A DNA stretch of 64,000 nucleotides, from positions 24,778 to 88,777 of the forward strand of contig JAMJQQ010000036.1 of assembly GCA_023554445.1 (NCBI GenBank), given 5' to 3'. Shown here one piece after another: positions 61,825 through 64,000 of the stretch (position 1 is the stretch's first letter; every line of letters begins with the position of its first letter). The position numbers and the translations under genes are program-made. Under the pieces are notes generated by a model. That model saw nothing but the letters and a program-made list of their open reading frames with translations. It ran no database searches and was not told the DNA's origin. The DNA comes from Candidatus Carthagonibacter metallireducens. Its GTDB lineage: Bacteria; Gemmatimonadota; Gemmatimonadetes; Palauibacterales; Palauibacteraceae.

Positions 61825-62459
61825 CAGCCCTCCTCTCCCACGAGAGGCACGAATCGCGCGCTCTCGACCTCTGTTTCGGTCCATTCCTCGCCCTTGCGCT
61901 CGACGAGCAGCAGGCGCTGTCCGTTCTCGTTCCCGATGGGTATGAGGAGTCTTCCACCCTCGGAGAGCTGCTCGCGCAGCGGAACTGGAACGACGGGCGC
62001 CGCCGCACCGACCAGAATCGCGTCGAACGGGGCGCGCTCAGGCCACCCGGTGCTCCCATCGCCTGTCCGCAGCTCTACGTTGTCGATCTGCAGCATCTCG
62101 AGTTGCGCCTGTGCCCTTGCGGCAAGTTCGGGAATGACCTCGATCGAGCAGACCTGTTGCACGAGCCGGGCCAGCAGCGCCGTCTGGAAGCCGGAGCCAC
62201 TGCCGATTTCCAGCACCCGCTCGGTTCCGTCGAGCCGGGCAAGCTGCAGGTGTAGAGCATGGGAGAGAGGCCGGGAGATGGTCTGGCCGTGGCCGAGAGG
62301 CAGCGCGACATCTTCGTAGGCCCTGTGTCGGACCGCTTCGGGAACGAAGAGGTGGCGTGGTACGGCATCGAAGGCGTGCAGGACAGCAAGGTCCTCGATC
62401 CCTGACGCACGAAGCAGCTCGACCAGGCGACGACGAGATCGGCGGTACGCCGCGTTCAT
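61821..62459 (-). CDS. pcm: protein-L-isoaspartate O-methyltransferase
   Basis: HALHLQLARL...VLEIGSGSGFQTALLARLV SAM motif and the typical Pcm C-terminus. The ATG at 62459 overlaps the surE stop (ATGA). Confidence 0.9.
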   Translation of the reverse strand: MNAAYRRSRRRLVELLRASGIEDLAVLHAFDAVPRHLFVPEAVRHRAYEDVALPLGHGQTISRPLSHALHLQLARLDGTERVLEIGSGSGFQTALLARLVQQVCSIEVIPELAARAQAQLEMLQIDNVELRTGDGSTGWPERAPFDAILVGAAAPVVPVPLREQLSEGGRLLIPIGNENGQRLLLVERKGEEWTETEVESARFVPLVGEEGW

Positions 62460-63232
62460 ATCGGCAGCGACCAACCCTCTACCTCCTTCATCAACCTGTA
62501 GTTAGTGAGGTCGAGGTGAAGCGGTGTCACGGACGCGAAACCGGCACGGACTGCGCGGAAATCCGAGTCATCCCTTCCGCTCCAGCTGGAGACGCCACCG
62601 CCGATCCAGAAGTACTCGCGTCCGGAGGGGTCTTCTCTTCGTGTGAGGGAGTCCGAGTAGACCCGGCGGCCGAGCGTAGTGATCCGGGCGCCCTTGATCT
62701 CCTCGGCGGGGATATCCGGGAGATTGATATTGAAGAAGGTCTCATCCGGGAAGTCGGTCCGCTCCACCAGCCCACGGAGCAGACGGGCGAGGATCTCGAC
62801 GAATCCCTCGAGGTTGTCGGACGATCGGCTCGACAGAGAGACCGCCACCGAGGGGATTCCGAGAATCGTTCCCTCCATGGCGGCGGCTACCGTGCCCGAG
62901 TAGAGGACGTCCTCTCCCATATTCGGCCCGTGATTGACGCCCGAGAATACGAAGTCGGGCCGGATATCGAGCAGGCTGTTTACGGCGATCAGTACGCAGT
63001 CGGTGGGCGTGCCGTCCACGACGTGAGTGTCTTCGTCTCTGCGCGTGACGCGCAGCGGACGATTGACTGTCAGAGAATGACTCGTCGCGCTCTGCTCCCG
63101 ATCGGGGGCTACCACGACCACCGAACCGATTCGGCGTGCAGCCTCGGTCAGGACACCGAGTCCGGGAGCATGGATCCCATCGTCATTTGTGCAGAGAATG
63201 TTGGGTCGCCGGTTCGGCGGCGGCTGGCTCAC
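62456..63232 (-). CDS. surE: 5'/3'-nucleotidase SurE
   Basis: ILCTNDDGIHAPGL...VVAPDREQSATSHSLT. The surE-pcm pairing is conserved. Confidence 0.9.
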   Translation of the reverse strand: MSQPPPNRRPNILCTNDDGIHAPGLGVLTEAARRIGSVVVVAPDREQSATSHSLTVNRPLRVTRRDEDTHVVDGTPTDCVLIAVNSLLDIRPDFVFSGVNHGPNMGEDVLYSGTVAAAMEGTILGIPSVAVSLSSRSSDNLEGFVEILARLLRGLVERTDFPDETFFNINLPDIPAEEIKGARITTLGRRVYSDSLTRREDPSGREYFWIGGGVSSWSGRDDSDFRAVRAGFASVTPLHLDLTNYRLMKEVEGWSLPI

Positions 63233-63579
63233 GTGTCGAGCAACTCCACCAGGGCATCGGCTTCCCTGCGCAGCTGGCGCACCGTCTCGTTTTCCCAGGC
63301 GACCCTGGCGGCACGGGACAACTTCCCTTCCTTGCGCAGCTGGTCGAGTTTGTGCCGGGCCCCTTCGATCGTGTACTTCTCGTTGTAGAGGAGGTGCTGG
63401 AGCAGGTGCACCAGCTTGATCTCCTTGCGACGGTATACCCGATTTCCCGCGCGATTCTTCGTGGGGCGCAGGGCCGGAAACTGTGACTCCCAGTAGCGAA
63501 GGACATGTGGCTTGAGTCCCGTCAGGGAGCAGACCTCACCGATCGAGTAGTATTCTTTCGGCGCGATTCGCTGATCCAC
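63229..63579 (-). CDS. MerR-family transcriptional regulator
   Basis: N-terminal HTH YSIGEVCSLTGLKPHVLRYWE followed by a coiled-coil segment. 116 aa. ATGA overlap with surE. Confidence 0.7.
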   Translation of the reverse strand: MDQRIAPKEYYSIGEVCSLTGLKPHVLRYWESQFPALRPTKNRAGNRVYRRKEIKLVHLLQHLLYNEKYTIEGARHKLDQLRKEGKLSRAARVAWENETVRQLRREADALVELLDT

Positions 63580-63584
63580 TCGAT

Positions 63585-64000
63585 TCAGCTCCAGCGTTCG
63601 GGCTTCGGCTCGCGAGCCATGAGGCGCGCCAGCGCCATCCTCGGCTCGACGTCTTCGTACAGGATGGAGTATACGGCCTCCGATATGGGCATTTCCACCC
63701 CGTGTCGCACCGCGAGATCCACCGCGGCTCGCGTCGTCCGCACACCCTCGGCCACCGACCGCATGCCGGAGAGCACTTCTTCGAGCTTCCGCCCCCTTCC
63801 GATCTCGATTCCGACTGTCCGATTCCGGCTCAAATCACCGGTGCAGGTGAGGATCAGATCGCCCACGCCCGCGAGACCCGCCAGCGTCTCGGGCTCGCCG
63901 CCCAGCTTGTGTGTCAGCCGGCGGATCTCCGCCAGGCTTCGAGTCAGCAGCGCCGCCCTGGCGTTGTGTCCGAGGCCCAGTCCGTCGCTGATCCCTGCGG
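63585..64000 (-). CDS. gpsA: glycerol-3-phosphate dehydrogenase [NAD(P)+] (3' portion; the gene continues beyond the window end)
   Basis: C-terminal GpsA sequence [18 protein letters not shown]...[13 protein letters not shown]. The reading frame is open to the window edge. Confidence 0.8.
   Translation of the reverse strand, partial: AGISDGLGLGHNARAALLTRSLAEIRRLTHKLGGEPETLAGLAGVGDLILTCTGDLSRNRTVGIEIGRGRKLEEVLSGMRSVAEGVRTTRAAVDLAVRHGVEMPISEAVYSILYEDVEPRMALARLMAREPKPERWS

Overview
This is a high-GC (roughly 65-70% GC) bacterial chromosomal segment with Gram-negative envelope genes (kdsB, lptC/A/B); I cannot assign a lineage from sequence alone. Almost all of it is compact core metabolism.

Genes on the + strand run continuously from 160 to 59977:
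- a partial YrdC/Sua5-family gene and an LMW protein-tyrosine phosphatase;
- aroE and comF;
- the glycolytic block gap-pgk-tpiA-secG;
- carA, sppA and a HU/IHF-family gene;
- a molybdopterin operon (orfX-moaD-moaE-moaA-orfY);
- mdh;
- a complete 13-gene Complex I operon (nuoA, B, a fused nuoCD, E-N);
- a phosphohexomutase gene, an orphan carbamate kinase, sucCD and ndk;
- yceD-rpmF-fabD-fabG-acpP-fabF, then purE, ispF, a DedA gene, a XerC/D recombinase and a nitroreductase;
- a 497-aa secreted hypothetical protein;
- kdsB-pyrG-lptC-lptA-lptB-rpoN;
- a six-gene lipid-linked glycosylation operon that is translationally coupled to rpoN.

On the - strand are rnhA, an aspartate-type aminotransferase, an HD-GYP protein, dcd, an alpha/beta hydrolase, and the 3' block gpsA(partial)-merR-surE-pcm-dedA-TPR.

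I see no CRISPR array, tRNA or rRNA gene, transposon or obvious defence island. Many neighbouring genes share 4-nt ATGA/GTGA start/stop overlaps, which implies long translationally coupled polycistrons.

The candidates I rank most interesting are:
- the rpoN-coupled glycosylation module: two GT2 genes, a GT4 gene, a SAM-methyltransferase, a YfhO-family gene and a flippase-like gene;
- a lipoprotein-type LptC with Asp at +2, next to a triple-length LptA;
- two small unannotatable ORFs embedded in the moa operon behind a 166-nt leader;
- an uncharacterised secreted beta-rich protein.

All functional calls rest on motif-level reading of the six-frame translations and have not been checked against any database.
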